Below are positions 20,646 through 29,991 of a DNA stretch of 64,000 nucleotides, one piece after another (the stretch's first letter is position 1; each line of letters opens with the position of its first letter). Origin of the DNA: an uncultured archaeon. Lineage in GTDB: Archaea; Asgardarchaeota; Thorarchaeia; Thorarchaeales; Thorarchaeaceae. A model generated the notes under the pieces. That model was given only the letters and a program-made list of their open reading frames with translations, had not been told where the DNA came from and did no database searches. Where the stretch lies: the NCBI GenBank assembly GCA_964458565.1, contig CAYWJO010000007.1:1-64000 (forward strand). The letters are read 5' to 3'. The position numbers and the translations under genes were made by a program.

Positions 20646-21653
20646 ATGGCACATCGGAAAAAGAACGCTCCAAGAAGAGGTAGCCTGGCATATCTTCCAA
20701 GAGGGAAGGCATCCAAGTTTTTGCCAAGAATCAAGAATTGGCCATCTTGGGAGGGCAAGGAACCACGTCTACTTGGATTTATGGGATATAAAGCTGGCAT
20801 GTCTCATGCTGTCATGACTATCAAGCATGACGAGAGCCCGTTTAGGGGTCAAGAAACAGTCATTCCCGTCACGATTATTGATACTCCTCCAGTTCGACCA
20901 TTCAGCATACGTGGTTACAAGGCTACTCCTTATGGTCACAAGCTGGTTACTGAGGTTTTGGCTGACAATCTCTCAGAAGACCTGAAGAAAGCTATGCCAA
21001 TGCCAAAGAACTATGATCATAATGCTAAGATAGCCGAGCTAGAATCAAAAATCGAAGAACTATCTGAGATTAGAATGCTTGTTCATACTCAGCCAAGGCT
21101 GGCTGGTGTATCCAAAAAGAAACCAGACATCTCAGAATACTTGGTAGGGGCATCAAGTGCGCAAGAAGCACTTGAGTATGCCAAGACTATTCTGGGTACT
21201 GATGTACGAGTTGCAGACATCCTTAATGAGGGTATTCTCGTAGATTCAATTGGAGTAACAAAGGGTCATGGATTCCAAGGTCCCGTACGACGTTGGGGTA
21301 TACGAATACTGCAACACAAATCCCGAAAGACAAAGAGAGGCGTAGGATGTATCGGTCCTTGGTCACCAACAAACATCCGATATACAGTACCTCGTCCTGG
21401 GCAGACTGGATACCACAAACGTACAAGCTTTAACAATGAAGTCCTAAGGATGGGTGAGCGTGGAGAAGAAATCACACCATCTGGTGGATTTGTGAATTAT
21501 GGAGTAATTCGCGGTGACTATGTTATTCTCTGGGGTTCAGTTCCCGGCTCTGTGAAGCGTCCCCTCAGACTGCGATTTGCAATTCGTCCTAAACGTTCAC
21601 ACCTCGGGCAAGTGACCGAGGTAAGCTACATCAGCACAGCATCCAAACAATAG
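20646..21653 (+). CDS. rpl3: 50S ribosomal protein L3
   Basis: PRRGSLAYLPR, GYKAGM, TKGHGFQGPVRRWG. Confidence 0.98.
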   Translation: MAHRKKNAPRRGSLAYLPRGKASKFLPRIKNWPSWEGKEPRLLGFMGYKAGMSHAVMTIKHDESPFRGQETVIPVTIIDTPPVRPFSIRGYKATPYGHKLVTEVLADNLSEDLKKAMPMPKNYDHNAKIAELESKIEELSEIRMLVHTQPRLAGVSKKKPDISEYLVGASSAQEALEYAKTILGTDVRVADILNEGILVDSIGVTKGHGFQGPVRRWGIRILQHKSRKTKRGVGCIGPWSPTNIRYTVPRPGQTGYHKRTSFNNEVLRMGERGEEITPSGGFVNYGVIRGDYVILWGSVPGSVKRPLRLRFAIRPKRSHLGQVTEVSYISTASKQ

Positions 21654-21666
21654 GAGGATTGAGAAA

Positions 21667-22455
21667 ATGAGTAAGGTAAAGACATATTCATTGAAAGGAA
21701 AAGCGGGTACTCCAATAGATCTCCCATCCCATTTTGATACACCTTATCGTCCAGATGTAATCCAGCGTGCAGTTCTTGCAGTGCAATCACGCCGCTACCA
21801 ACCTCATGGTGTTGATGAGCTGGCTGGTAAGAGAAATACTGCTCAGAGCTGGCAGACTGGCCATGGTAGGTCACGAATGCCCCGTATCAAAGGGTCAGGT
21901 ACAGGTGCAGCCAATAAAGCTGGATTTGCTCCAGGTACTATAGGAGGACGTGTTGCTCACCCTCCTGAGGCTCGCAAGGTACTTGTCGAACGCATCAACA
22001 AGAAGGAAAACAGACTTGCAATCCGCTCTGCTATTGCAGCTACTGCAAACAAACAAACTGTCACCGAACGCGGTCATAGAACTGATAGTGTTCCTGACTT
22101 TCCATTAGTAGTTGATGACGCCATCGAGTCACTGCTGACAACCAAAGAGGTCGCCACAGCACTAAGCAAACTTGGTCTCGAAGATGACCTCGCACGTGCC
22201 TCAGAAGGTCGTGGCGTTCGTGCTGGTAAGGGTAAGATGCGTGGTCGGAAGATGAAGACTCCAAGGTCACTACTCATCGTAGTAGGAGAGGACAAGGGAA
22301 TTATTGCAGCTGGCAGAAACCTCCCTGGTGTTGATGTCGTTGAAGTTCATGGACTCAACGCAGAACTCCTAGCTCCTGGAACTCATGCGGGAAGGCTAGC
22401 GGTCTGGAGTAAGTCAGCTATAGAGCGGCTCGAAAAGGAGGCACTTTTTATCTGA
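21667..22455 (+). CDS. rpl4: 50S ribosomal protein L4
   Basis: RPDVIQRA, GGRVAHPP, RAGKGKMRGR, LAPGTHAGRL. Confidence 0.98.
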   Translation: MSKVKTYSLKGKAGTPIDLPSHFDTPYRPDVIQRAVLAVQSRRYQPHGVDELAGKRNTAQSWQTGHGRSRMPRIKGSGTGAANKAGFAPGTIGGRVAHPPEARKVLVERINKKENRLAIRSAIAATANKQTVTERGHRTDSVPDFPLVVDDAIESLLTTKEVATALSKLGLEDDLARASEGRGVRAGKGKMRGRKMKTPRSLLIVVGEDKGIIAAGRNLPGVDVVEVHGLNAELLAPGTHAGRLAVWSKSAIERLEKEALFI

Positions 22456-22463
22456 GGTGAGAA

Positions 22464-22730
22464 ATGATGAGAGATCCAAATACAATCATCATCCGTCCCG
22501 TCGTCACAGAAGCCAGTCTGGAAGCTGTTGATAATGAGAACAAGCTCATCTTCTATGTCGACATCAGGGCGAACAAGAACTCCATTAAATGGGCTGTAGA
22601 AAGCCTCTACAATGTAGTAGTCGTGAAAGTGAATACTCTGATAACTCCTGATGGCAGAAAGAAGGCGCTTGTCAAACTTGCTCCTGAATACAGCGCAGGC
22701 GAAGTCGCCACACAACTGGGGGTATTCTAA
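22464..22730 (+). CDS. rpl23: 50S ribosomal protein L23
   Basis: PVVTE, NKLIFYV, KVNTLI...KKALVKL. Confidence 0.97.
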   Translation: MMRDPNTIIIRPVVTEASLEAVDNENKLIFYVDIRANKNSIKWAVESLYNVVVVKVNTLITPDGRKKALVKLAPEYSAGEVATQLGVF

Positions 22731-23453
22731 ATGGGTCGTCGAATATTAGTGCAGAGGAAAGGCCGCGGAACAACGCAATGGCGGTCACCCAGTCACAAGA
22801 AGATTGCCCCAGCTAGACATCCCAAATGGGCTCCTGAGAAGACCTATGTCGGTCGTGTGATCAACCTCTATCATGAGTCTGGTCGTGGTGCACCCATTGC
22901 TGAAGTACGATATGAAGAGGAGGATAAACTCCATTATATGGTGGCTCCTGAGGGTCTTGCAATCGGTCAGGTTGTCGAGTGTGGTGAGGAAGCAGGTCTT
23001 GCTAATGGGAACACTCTGATATTGGAATATATCCCGGAAGGTACGCCGATCTACAACATCGAAGGCAGTCCCGGAGATGGTGGCAAATACGTCCGCTCAT
23101 CTGGTCTTGCAGCTACTATAATCTCAATTGATAAGACAAAGGCTATGGTTCGGCTCCCCTCTGGTACTCAGAAGATGTTCAGTCCACGTTGTAGAGCAAC
23201 AATCGGTATTGTAGCTGGTGGTGGTCGTCCTGAGAAACCATTCCTCAAGGCTGGCACTGTCTGGCATAACACACGTGGGAAAGCTCGTAAGTGGCCTGTA
23301 GTCCGTGGTGCAGCAATGAATGCCTGTAGTCACCCACACGGTGGTGGCTCACATCAGAGCCCAGGTCGTCCTACATGTGTCAGTCGTCATGCACCTCCTG
23401 GAAGAAAAGTTGGCAATATCGCAGCTAGGCGTACAGGAAGAAAGAGAAAATAA
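22731..23453 (+). CDS. rpl2: 50S ribosomal protein L2
   Basis: GRRILVQRKG, WPVVRGAAMN..HPHGGG, PPGRKVG. Confidence 0.98.
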   Translation: MGRRILVQRKGRGTTQWRSPSHKKIAPARHPKWAPEKTYVGRVINLYHESGRGAPIAEVRYEEEDKLHYMVAPEGLAIGQVVECGEEAGLANGNTLILEYIPEGTPIYNIEGSPGDGGKYVRSSGLAATIISIDKTKAMVRLPSGTQKMFSPRCRATIGIVAGGGRPEKPFLKAGTVWHNTRGKARKWPVVRGAAMNACSHPHGGGSHQSPGRPTCVSRHAPPGRKVGNIAARRTGRKRK

Positions 23454-23504
23454 ACTCTCAATTCCAGACTCATCCATTCGCCCTCTCAAGCTCCCCATTG
23501 GTTA

Positions 23505-23538
23505 ACAGGTTAGGGATTATTCCCCAACCTGTCTTTTT
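23505..23538 (+). terminator. Hairpin plus T-tract after rpl2
   Basis: ACAGGTTAGGGA-TTAT-TCCCCAACCTGT followed by CTTTTT. Confidence 0.6.
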
Positions 23539-23667
23539 AATAATGTAATGAATAATCAACTGACTTGTCTTCAGAATCCTCTCAGCACTGTTCTTAATTG
23601 ATTCAGCATTTACTTCACTGAACAATGCCAGATATGAGGGAGCATTGCTCTCAAGACGACTAGTAGT

Positions 23668-24694
23668 TTGTTAAAGAACGCATTGGCTAGGACTTTACTA
23701 TGGATGACAAGATTGTCATTGCATACTGGTACAACATTTGTATTCTTGTTGGCCTGCAGCGAAGGAACAAGAATAGGTGGTCTAGGGGGTGAGTTGTTCT
23801 TCCAGCTCCTTAATGGCTTCAGGGATTGTAATGATGGTTCGTGGCGCATTCAATATCGGAAAGAATGCAAAGTTCTTGGGTGATAACACCGAAGCAGCTG
23901 CTTCACGGACCCTACTAGGGAAGATTCGTGATATCTATACAGGTGGATTCAACAATATGATTGAATCCGTAAAGATGTTAAGACCGAGTGCTTATGGGTC
24001 TTTGACGACACTAGGAAAGCTTCAAGTCGTAAACTCTCTTGCGATGTGGAGCTTCAAAGTGTTAGTAGTAGGCCTTGTATTAACTGACTTATCAATAACC
24101 CTCTAATTGAACAAGGAGAACATGAAATGAAGACCGTCAATGATGTCTTTGACGAAATCCGCAAAGCAGAATCCCCTGAGGTCATCTTGGATGCGATGAG
24201 ATACATACTCGACAACTATCGACATGAAGGACGTCTTAGAGGGGCATGGGGAACTTGGAAGTACGCTGGTTTCACTTCGTCTTCCTGCGTATTTTCCAAG
24301 GGCAACAGAGGATGAGAGGATTCTAGAAGCAGAGCCCGGTGAGATATTGCTACTCCCAGCAGAAGGCAGAATCTTCAGAACTGCGGGTATCTATGGGGTT
24401 TGGGAGGTATTCGATGATGAGTTGTTCAGTCTATATAATCCAGAAACTTCGACTACAACAACAGGATTCGAAACTACAACGAGTAGTCCCCCCATCTCAA
24501 CGATAGACTCAACGATTTCTACATCATCTACAACAACTGGAATTATTCCTTCAATTAATAAGACGACCACTCCCGACATAGAACAGGGTCTGGATATTTG
24601 GATTTTGAGCATATCAGTGATAGCTATAGCGTCAGAGATTATTGCGTTTCTATTCATTATACGTCGGAGAGATGCTGGTGCAAAGGCGACATAG
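23668..24694 (+). pseudogene. Mosaic of gene remnants; the last fragment ends in a Thr/Ser linker plus TM anchor
   Basis: Overlapping short ORFs in shifting frames (23668, 23789, 24127, 24224). Confidence 0.45.
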
Positions 24695-24953
24695 ATGTCT
24701 GAGAACATTGCTTTCATTCACTTCTGTTCTACTCCCACATACTTCCAGACATGCTACTGCCTTCCAGATGACCTTTGAATCTCCCGCACACCTTACTCAG
24801 CTATGAGAACCACCAACAGTACCGGACGCAAGAGCAAGTAAAATTATCGTAGAAGAGAGTGCAAGCTCTCTTCTCTCATTCCCTTTTTTCAACTGTATTA
24901 TCTCCCAAAGCAGATATTAGGCGACACATCATATTGCACTGAGGAGTTGTATA

Positions 24954-25667
24954 ATGCTTCAAACTATTCCAGAGATATTCATTGTTGGATCTATACTTCT
25001 TCTAAGCATTGTATTTCTTTACTGGATTGGTACTCGTGCGAAAAAAGCGAGTATTAGACTGGAGCAGGAAACCTTGAAACTCCCACTAACTAATCCTGAA
25101 AAAATCGAAGAATCGCACAAGTCTAAGGTTCTCCAGATGAAGCGTACGTGGCAGAAAACAACCCTAGTTAGTGGTTTTTCCATAATATCCGAGTCTTGGA
25201 TGTTCTGGATACTTATGGGTAATTCCACCCTTATAATCGAAGATTTTAACCCCACTATGTTTTTTGGTCTGTATGTTCTCTTCCTGCTCTACTTGACTGC
25301 TGGATTTGGCATCGGTATCGTTCAAATTGTACGAAAGAGGAGCTTCTGGAATGGACAAATTAACCCAGTACGGGGAATAGAAATTAATCTTGAGGGATTT
25401 GTCCAGAAGAAATTGAAAGAACGACCCGCAGAACTCTACGAACCTAAATTCTATCCTGAGGTGGAACAGAATATCCGTTCTAACTGGGAATTAGCCTTTC
25501 AATCAGCACTTAACCAAGCAGTCATGAATGAAATATATTCGCGAGAATTATCCTCTGATGATCGACAATTACTTCTTGAACACCTTGCGCGACGCGATGA
25601 CATGATTGGCCAGACTGCTATAGAAATCCAGAAAGACTTCGCAATGCGAGAAATTGTTGACCATTGA
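24954..25667 (+). CDS. Hypothetical 3-TM membrane protein, paralogue A
   Basis: Shares LKLPL, RSFW..Q.NP..GI..NLE and RELS.D.R..LLE.L.RRDD.IGQ with 25885-26583. Confidence 0.8.
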   Translation: MLQTIPEIFIVGSILLLSIVFLYWIGTRAKKASIRLEQETLKLPLTNPEKIEESHKSKVLQMKRTWQKTTLVSGFSIISESWMFWILMGNSTLIIEDFNPTMFFGLYVLFLLYLTAGFGIGIVQIVRKRSFWNGQINPVRGIEINLEGFVQKKLKERPAELYEPKFYPEVEQNIRSNWELAFQSALNQAVMNEIYSRELSSDDRQLLLEHLARRDDMIGQTAIEIQKDFAMREIVDH

Positions 25668-25884
25668 TTACCAATTACAATTCCGTCGATTGTATTTGGT
25701 GAAAGACGAATCATGGTGAGTCTTCCACGTTCTTTTTCCCATCATTCAACCAGTATTTTAGGTTCTATCATGGCCATACTGAAAATAGAACGATATCTCT
25801 TATCTTTCATTTTCTATCAATTACAATCATGAAATTCGGAGAAGATATTAGGACAAATCCAGAATTTTCTTCGGGAAGATTGTA

Positions 25885-26583
25885 ATGCAGATGAACTTGG
25901 TAGGTTTTTTGATTAGCACGATAGCATCATTTACAATATTGATAATCATTGGAATGATAGGTTACCGTGCTGAAGCACTAGGTGATCAATTAAAGACCGA
26001 TGCACTCAAGCTTCCTTTGCTTGACCCTAATGAAGAGAACGTAGAACGAATAGACACAATAACTGAGATGCAACGTAAGTGGGATATCGCATCGATCATA
26101 TGGGGTCTGACATATGTTCCCTTTTTTTCAGGTGTTTTTCTGATTTCAGCATTCAATCAGGGTAGTATTGTTGACTTCTTATTCTATATGCTATTTGTCA
26201 TCATTATTGGCTTACCTTCAGGTATCGGTCGCGCTTTGTGGAATCGAAGTTTTTGGATTGAGCAACTAAATCCCATAGAAGGGATACAGGCCAATCTCGA
26301 GAAATACATGGCCGCACAATTGAAGAACCGTCCAAAAGCGAAACCAAGTCGGTCATGGTATCTAGAGGTTGATATGAATGTCTATACTAACTATGACACA
26401 ATGATGAAAACCTCGCTGAGGCATAGACTTGTGGAACTGATTGTTAAACGAGAACTCTCTCCAGATGGGAGAACAATACTACTAGAATATCTCACTAGAC
26501 GTGATGATCTTATAGGTCAAGTGGCTCGCGAAGTTCAAAGAGGCATTCCACAGCGTGCAGGGTTGATTCATAATCCAAATTAG
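25885..26583 (+). CDS. Hypothetical 3-TM membrane protein, paralogue B
   Basis: Tandem paralogue of 24954-25667. Confidence 0.8.
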   Translation: MQMNLVGFLISTIASFTILIIIGMIGYRAEALGDQLKTDALKLPLLDPNEENVERIDTITEMQRKWDIASIIWGLTYVPFFSGVFLISAFNQGSIVDFLFYMLFVIIIGLPSGIGRALWNRSFWIEQLNPIEGIQANLEKYMAAQLKNRPKAKPSRSWYLEVDMNVYTNYDTMMKTSLRHRLVELIVKRELSPDGRTILLEYLTRRDDLIGQVAREVQRGIPQRAGLIHNPN

Positions 26584-26726
26584 TTTCCAATCATACAATA
26601 TTCCGTGTCAATGTTTATATGCGTTCAAATATTCGATGCGTTCGTGAACAACTTGTTTTCCAACACTCTTGGTCTATCATAGCGATGCTACCCATAGAAC
26701 GGGTCATCGTAGGTTAATGTATTAAT

Positions 26727-26921
26727 TTGCCTCACAAGAAAGGCCGTGGAGGCCAGAAGAAGACCAGAGCACGCGAGCTTGGCGGTGTTCGATACCCCCA
26801 CCGAGTGGTTCGATGCACTGCAGGTATAGCTCCCAACTGCAAAGGCTGGATGAACGAGAACACCATGCCTGCTCCTGGTATCTGCAAGCGTTGCTGGCAG
26901 GCAATTGAATCCAAGAAGTGA
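26727..26921 (+). CDS. Small basic Cys4 (putative Zn-binding) protein
   Basis: TTG start; K/R-rich N-terminus; C-x7-C...C-x2-C; own hairpin and T-tract downstream. Confidence 0.6.
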   Translation: MPHKKGRGGQKKTRARELGGVRYPHRVVRCTAGIAPNCKGWMNENTMPAPGICKRCWQAIESKK

Positions 26922-26950
26922 GGGAAGTATTCCCTCCACCCCTATTTTTT
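26920..26950 (+). terminator. Hairpin plus T-tract
   Basis: GAGGGAA-GTA-TTCCCTC then TTTTTT. Confidence 0.55.
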
Positions 26951-26999
26951 ATATTTCTATTGGCTAATTTTCCCATTTAGAGGCCTATAATACCTTAAA

Positions 27000-27029
27000 A
27001 TTCTATTAACTATGTTTATATTCTATTAA
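27000..27029. promoter_or_regulatory. Tandem ATTCTATTAA repeats (20-bp period) around a TATA-like TTTATA
   Basis: 27000-27009 and 27020-27029 are identical. Confidence 0.45.
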
Positions 27030-27147
27030 AACGTAAATAAAGGCGAGGTTTTTTCTGAACCGACTGCTTTAACGTCTATCGCCAAAAAGGGGCGGAACGC
27101 GCGGCTGTCCAGACAAATTAACTTCGATATCATCAGAGGTGAAAAAA

Positions 27148-27204
27148 ATGAGTAAGGACAAAAAGAAGCAGCAACCAAAGCCAAAACCAAAGCCAAAGAA
27201 ATAA
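27148..27204 (+). CDS. 18-aa Lys/Pro-rich microprotein MSKDKKKQQPKPKPKPKK
   Basis: Strong SD GAGGTGA just upstream of ATG; terminator downstream; below the ORF-track cutoff. Confidence 0.55.
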   Translation: MSKDKKKQQPKPKPKPKK

Positions 27205-27247
27205 CCTTCTGCTTACTACTCGCACCTGCGACTTCTTAGCATTTAAA

Positions 27248-27284
27248 GGAGGAGTTCCCGGACTCCTCCAATTCCTTGTTTTTT
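27248..27284 (+). terminator. Perfect 8-bp hairpin plus T-tract
   Basis: GGAGGAGT-TCCCGG-ACTCCTCC...TTTTTT. Confidence 0.6.
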
Positions 27285-27370
27285 CAATTTGGGACCAATG
27301 TACTGAACCACACCCTGATAATACTCACGTCCATATCCCTGTATTTGTAACACAACTGTGAGGATTAGCC

Positions 27371-27556
27371 ATGCGTCTAATTGCGGTGCACATCCCAGAA
27401 CGATACGTTGATGATCTGCAGGCACTTGTCGAGAAGAACCTGTATCCAAATCGCTCCGAGGTCATTCGGATTGCTATTCGCGACCTGCTGAAACGTGAGT
27501 TGTGGGAGCATGGACGAATGCCGACCAAGAGATCAAGTGAGGTCATAGCAGAATGA
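27371..27556 (+). CDS. cdrS: Ribbon-helix-helix regulator, CdrS-like
   Basis: IAVHIP...LV...YPNRSEVIRIAIRDLL; overlaps the ftsZ start as in archaeal cdrS-ftsZ operons. Confidence 0.85.
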   Translation: MRLIAVHIPERYVDDLQALVEKNLYPNRSEVIRIAIRDLLKRELWEHGRMPTKRSSEVIAE

Positions 27557-28830
27557 GATCACTTATTGATGATGCAAGAGAACACAGTCAGAGAGAACGT
27601 GGTTCACAACCCCCCCTAGATATGGGCCAAGCGAGAATACTTGTTGTTGGATGTGGTGGGGCTGGAAACAACACCGTGAAACGTCTCATGACAATTGGAG
27701 TTCAAGGTGCTGAATGTGTGGCTGTCAATACAGATAGACAGCATCTTGCTGTGACCACTGCACATAGAAAATTACTGATTGGTGAGAGGATAACCCGGGG
27801 TCTTGGTGCTGGAGGCTACCCTCATGTAGGTCAAGCTGCAGCAGAGGAATCAACGCCTCAGCTGACTGAGCTTCTCAGAGATGCAGATTTAGTTTTCATA
27901 GCTGCTGGATTGGGTGGCGGCACTGGTACAGGTAGTGCACCTGTAGTGGCAGAAATTGCGAAGAAGAACGATGCCATAGTTGTCGGTGTTGTGACGATGC
28001 CTTTCGCTCTCGAAAAGACTCGTATTGATAAGGCAAAGTCAGGTCTCGCGCGTTTACAAGAGTATTCTGATACTTGTGTTGTAATAGATAATCAGAAACT
28101 CATGGAGCTAGTCCCTGACCTTCCCATCGAAGAAGCCTTTGGTGTAGCTGATGAGGTTCTTGCAGGTATGGTGAAGGGCATCACAGAAACAATCACTATG
28201 CCGAGTCTGATCAATCTCGATTATGCCGATGTCCGTTCAATCATATGCAATGGTGGCGTAGCACTAGTCGGTCTCGGTGAAGCAACAGGTGAAAATCGTG
28301 CAGCAGGAGCAATCAAGAACGCTCTGAACAGTCCTCTTCTCGAAGTAGAGTGGTCCGGTGCAACTGGAGCGCTTATTCACATTACAGGTGGACCAGATAT
28401 GTCACTAGCAGAAGCGAATAATGTTGGTGAACTGGTCTCAGAGAAAATGTCGCAAGATGCCAATGTTATCTGGGGTGCTAGAGTAGAACCACGGCTCAGT
28501 GGTGTTCTGCGTGTCATGCTTATCCTTACAGGTGTCAAGAGTCCTCAATTACTCGCCCGTTCGAATGAGGAGTCATCCAGTACATTTGATCGACGAAAGA
28601 GTAGACTGGCTGAATTTGGGCTATTTAGCTCTCATGCTGGTGGAACATATCCTCAACAGGCAAAGAGCGAGGCAATCGCGTTTGGTAAATTGCCGTCAAT
28701 ATCTCGAAGATCCTCATGGGAAGAACGATTGAAACCACTTGAGAAACGCTTCAAGGAGAAAACACCAGAACGCCAAGAAGATTTGAAGAAACGTAGTCTT
28801 GAGGAACTTGGCCTCAAACGATTGTTCTAA
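27553..28830 (+). CDS. ftsZ: Cell division protein FtsZ
   Basis: GCGGAGNN, AVNTD, GLGGGTGTG, INLDYADV. Confidence 0.97.
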   Translation: MRSLIDDAREHSQRERGSQPPLDMGQARILVVGCGGAGNNTVKRLMTIGVQGAECVAVNTDRQHLAVTTAHRKLLIGERITRGLGAGGYPHVGQAAAEESTPQLTELLRDADLVFIAAGLGGGTGTGSAPVVAEIAKKNDAIVVGVVTMPFALEKTRIDKAKSGLARLQEYSDTCVVIDNQKLMELVPDLPIEEAFGVADEVLAGMVKGITETITMPSLINLDYADVRSIICNGGVALVGLGEATGENRAAGAIKNALNSPLLEVEWSGATGALIHITGGPDMSLAEANNVGELVSEKMSQDANVIWGARVEPRLSGVLRVMLILTGVKSPQLLARSNEESSSTFDRRKSRLAEFGLFSSHAGGTYPQQAKSEAIAFGKLPSISRRSSWEERLKPLEKRFKEKTPERQEDLKKRSLEELGLKRLF

Positions 28831-28985
28831 TTCAAGAGCTTAGCGGCTCTTTCTAATCTATTTATGAATCGAGAGAAGATGTGTTCATTTACTACAGTTG
28901 GAGTCAATGATGCAGCGTTGGATTATGAGACCTTATTCCTACTATCTGGGTGTTGAAGTAAGGCATTTTCAATCATGCATTTCTA

Positions 28986-29417
28986 CTATAGCAAACCCAT
29001 TTCTTCCATCCATTCGTCGTAAGCCAGTTTCACTCTTTCATACAAAGGACCCGTGCCATCTACACCGTCTGCAGTGATACGAATCTTGTTCATTACAACT
29101 ATTATGCCTGTATCTTGGAAGTATTGTACACCTCCAGGGGGAAACTGTCTCTCAAGTACTCTTGCCAGTCCTTCAAGACTGAGTTCCTCCTCTGCTACGG
29201 AGAATGAAACGATATGACTTCCATATACGAATATTTTTGGAACTCTCTGTTCAGTTCCTTCAATGACCACATCGGTCATTACTATGCTAAGACTCTCAGG
29301 GTCAACACCCTTCAAGGCACCATTATACACTGTACCATCAGCTAATCTGACATTCACTGTGGCACCCACAATAGTTGCCATCTCTCTGTTGAAAGCTCTC
29401 ATTGCCGCATCAGACAT
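28986..29417 (-). CDS. Lsm/Sm-like RNA-binding protein with C-terminal domain (SmAP3 type)
   Basis: Sm1/Sm2 pattern followed by Lsm_C-like (FPPGGV...GTGPL). Confidence 0.85.
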   Translation of the reverse strand: MSDAAMRAFNREMATIVGATVNVRLADGTVYNGALKGVDPESLSIVMTDVVIEGTEQRVPKIFVYGSHIVSFSVAEEELSLEGLARVLERQFPPGGVQYFQDTGIIVVMNKIRITADGVDGTGPLYERVKLAYDEWMEEMGLL

Positions 29418-29580
29418 CTTCTATCACCTAATACAGGTTAACGTCAAACAGGACGGCTCGGTGGCGACTTTGTTAAAAGTACTGTGGTTTGCGGCATAGA
29501 ATTATTCTTAGTGCAGTCATGCTATTCTATATATGATACGGCAATGCAATCCAATGCCAGCAGGAAATCAGGTGATAATC

Positions 29581-29652
29581 GTGACAACAGAGGTTCACTT
29601 CTCAAGGCGTTATCTTCGTGAGGAAGCGCTCCCAACTTATTATGGCAAATAG
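29581..29652 (+). pseudogene. Stranded 5' fragment of the 2-oxoacid:ferredoxin oxidoreductase beta gene
   Basis: SD AGGTGAT plus GTG; MTTEVHFSRRYLREEALPT aligns with MSTSEKHFARYYLREESLPT at 37682. Confidence 0.75.
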
Positions 29653-29991
29653 AATCTTTGTTTACCAGATTGCAAAAAAAGACGATTAGACTACATCTTT
29701 ATGGACACAATATATAGGTAATCAATGTTTTAAAACCACAAAAGCAGTCATTAAACTCTATAATAACATCAAAAGTTAACAGGAACTGCTCATAAGGCTA
29801 TTTCTTGAGAAAGAGAACCAAATATTTAGTATTCAATTCTCTCGATATATCCAAAGCCTATTTTGTGTATCTAATTCGAGTAGTACACTGACCAAATACA
29901 GACCTGAGGAAAAGCTGTGGAGTACATTAGGGATGAACACCACATTAAGACAGCCAGAAACCGTATCATGAACAAAGAGGTGTTTGTGTAG

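Noticed and set aside
26688-26976. Three antisense ORFs over the Cys4 microprotein
   Set aside because: The plus-strand ORF has promoter, terminator and a coherent motif; the others look like shadows
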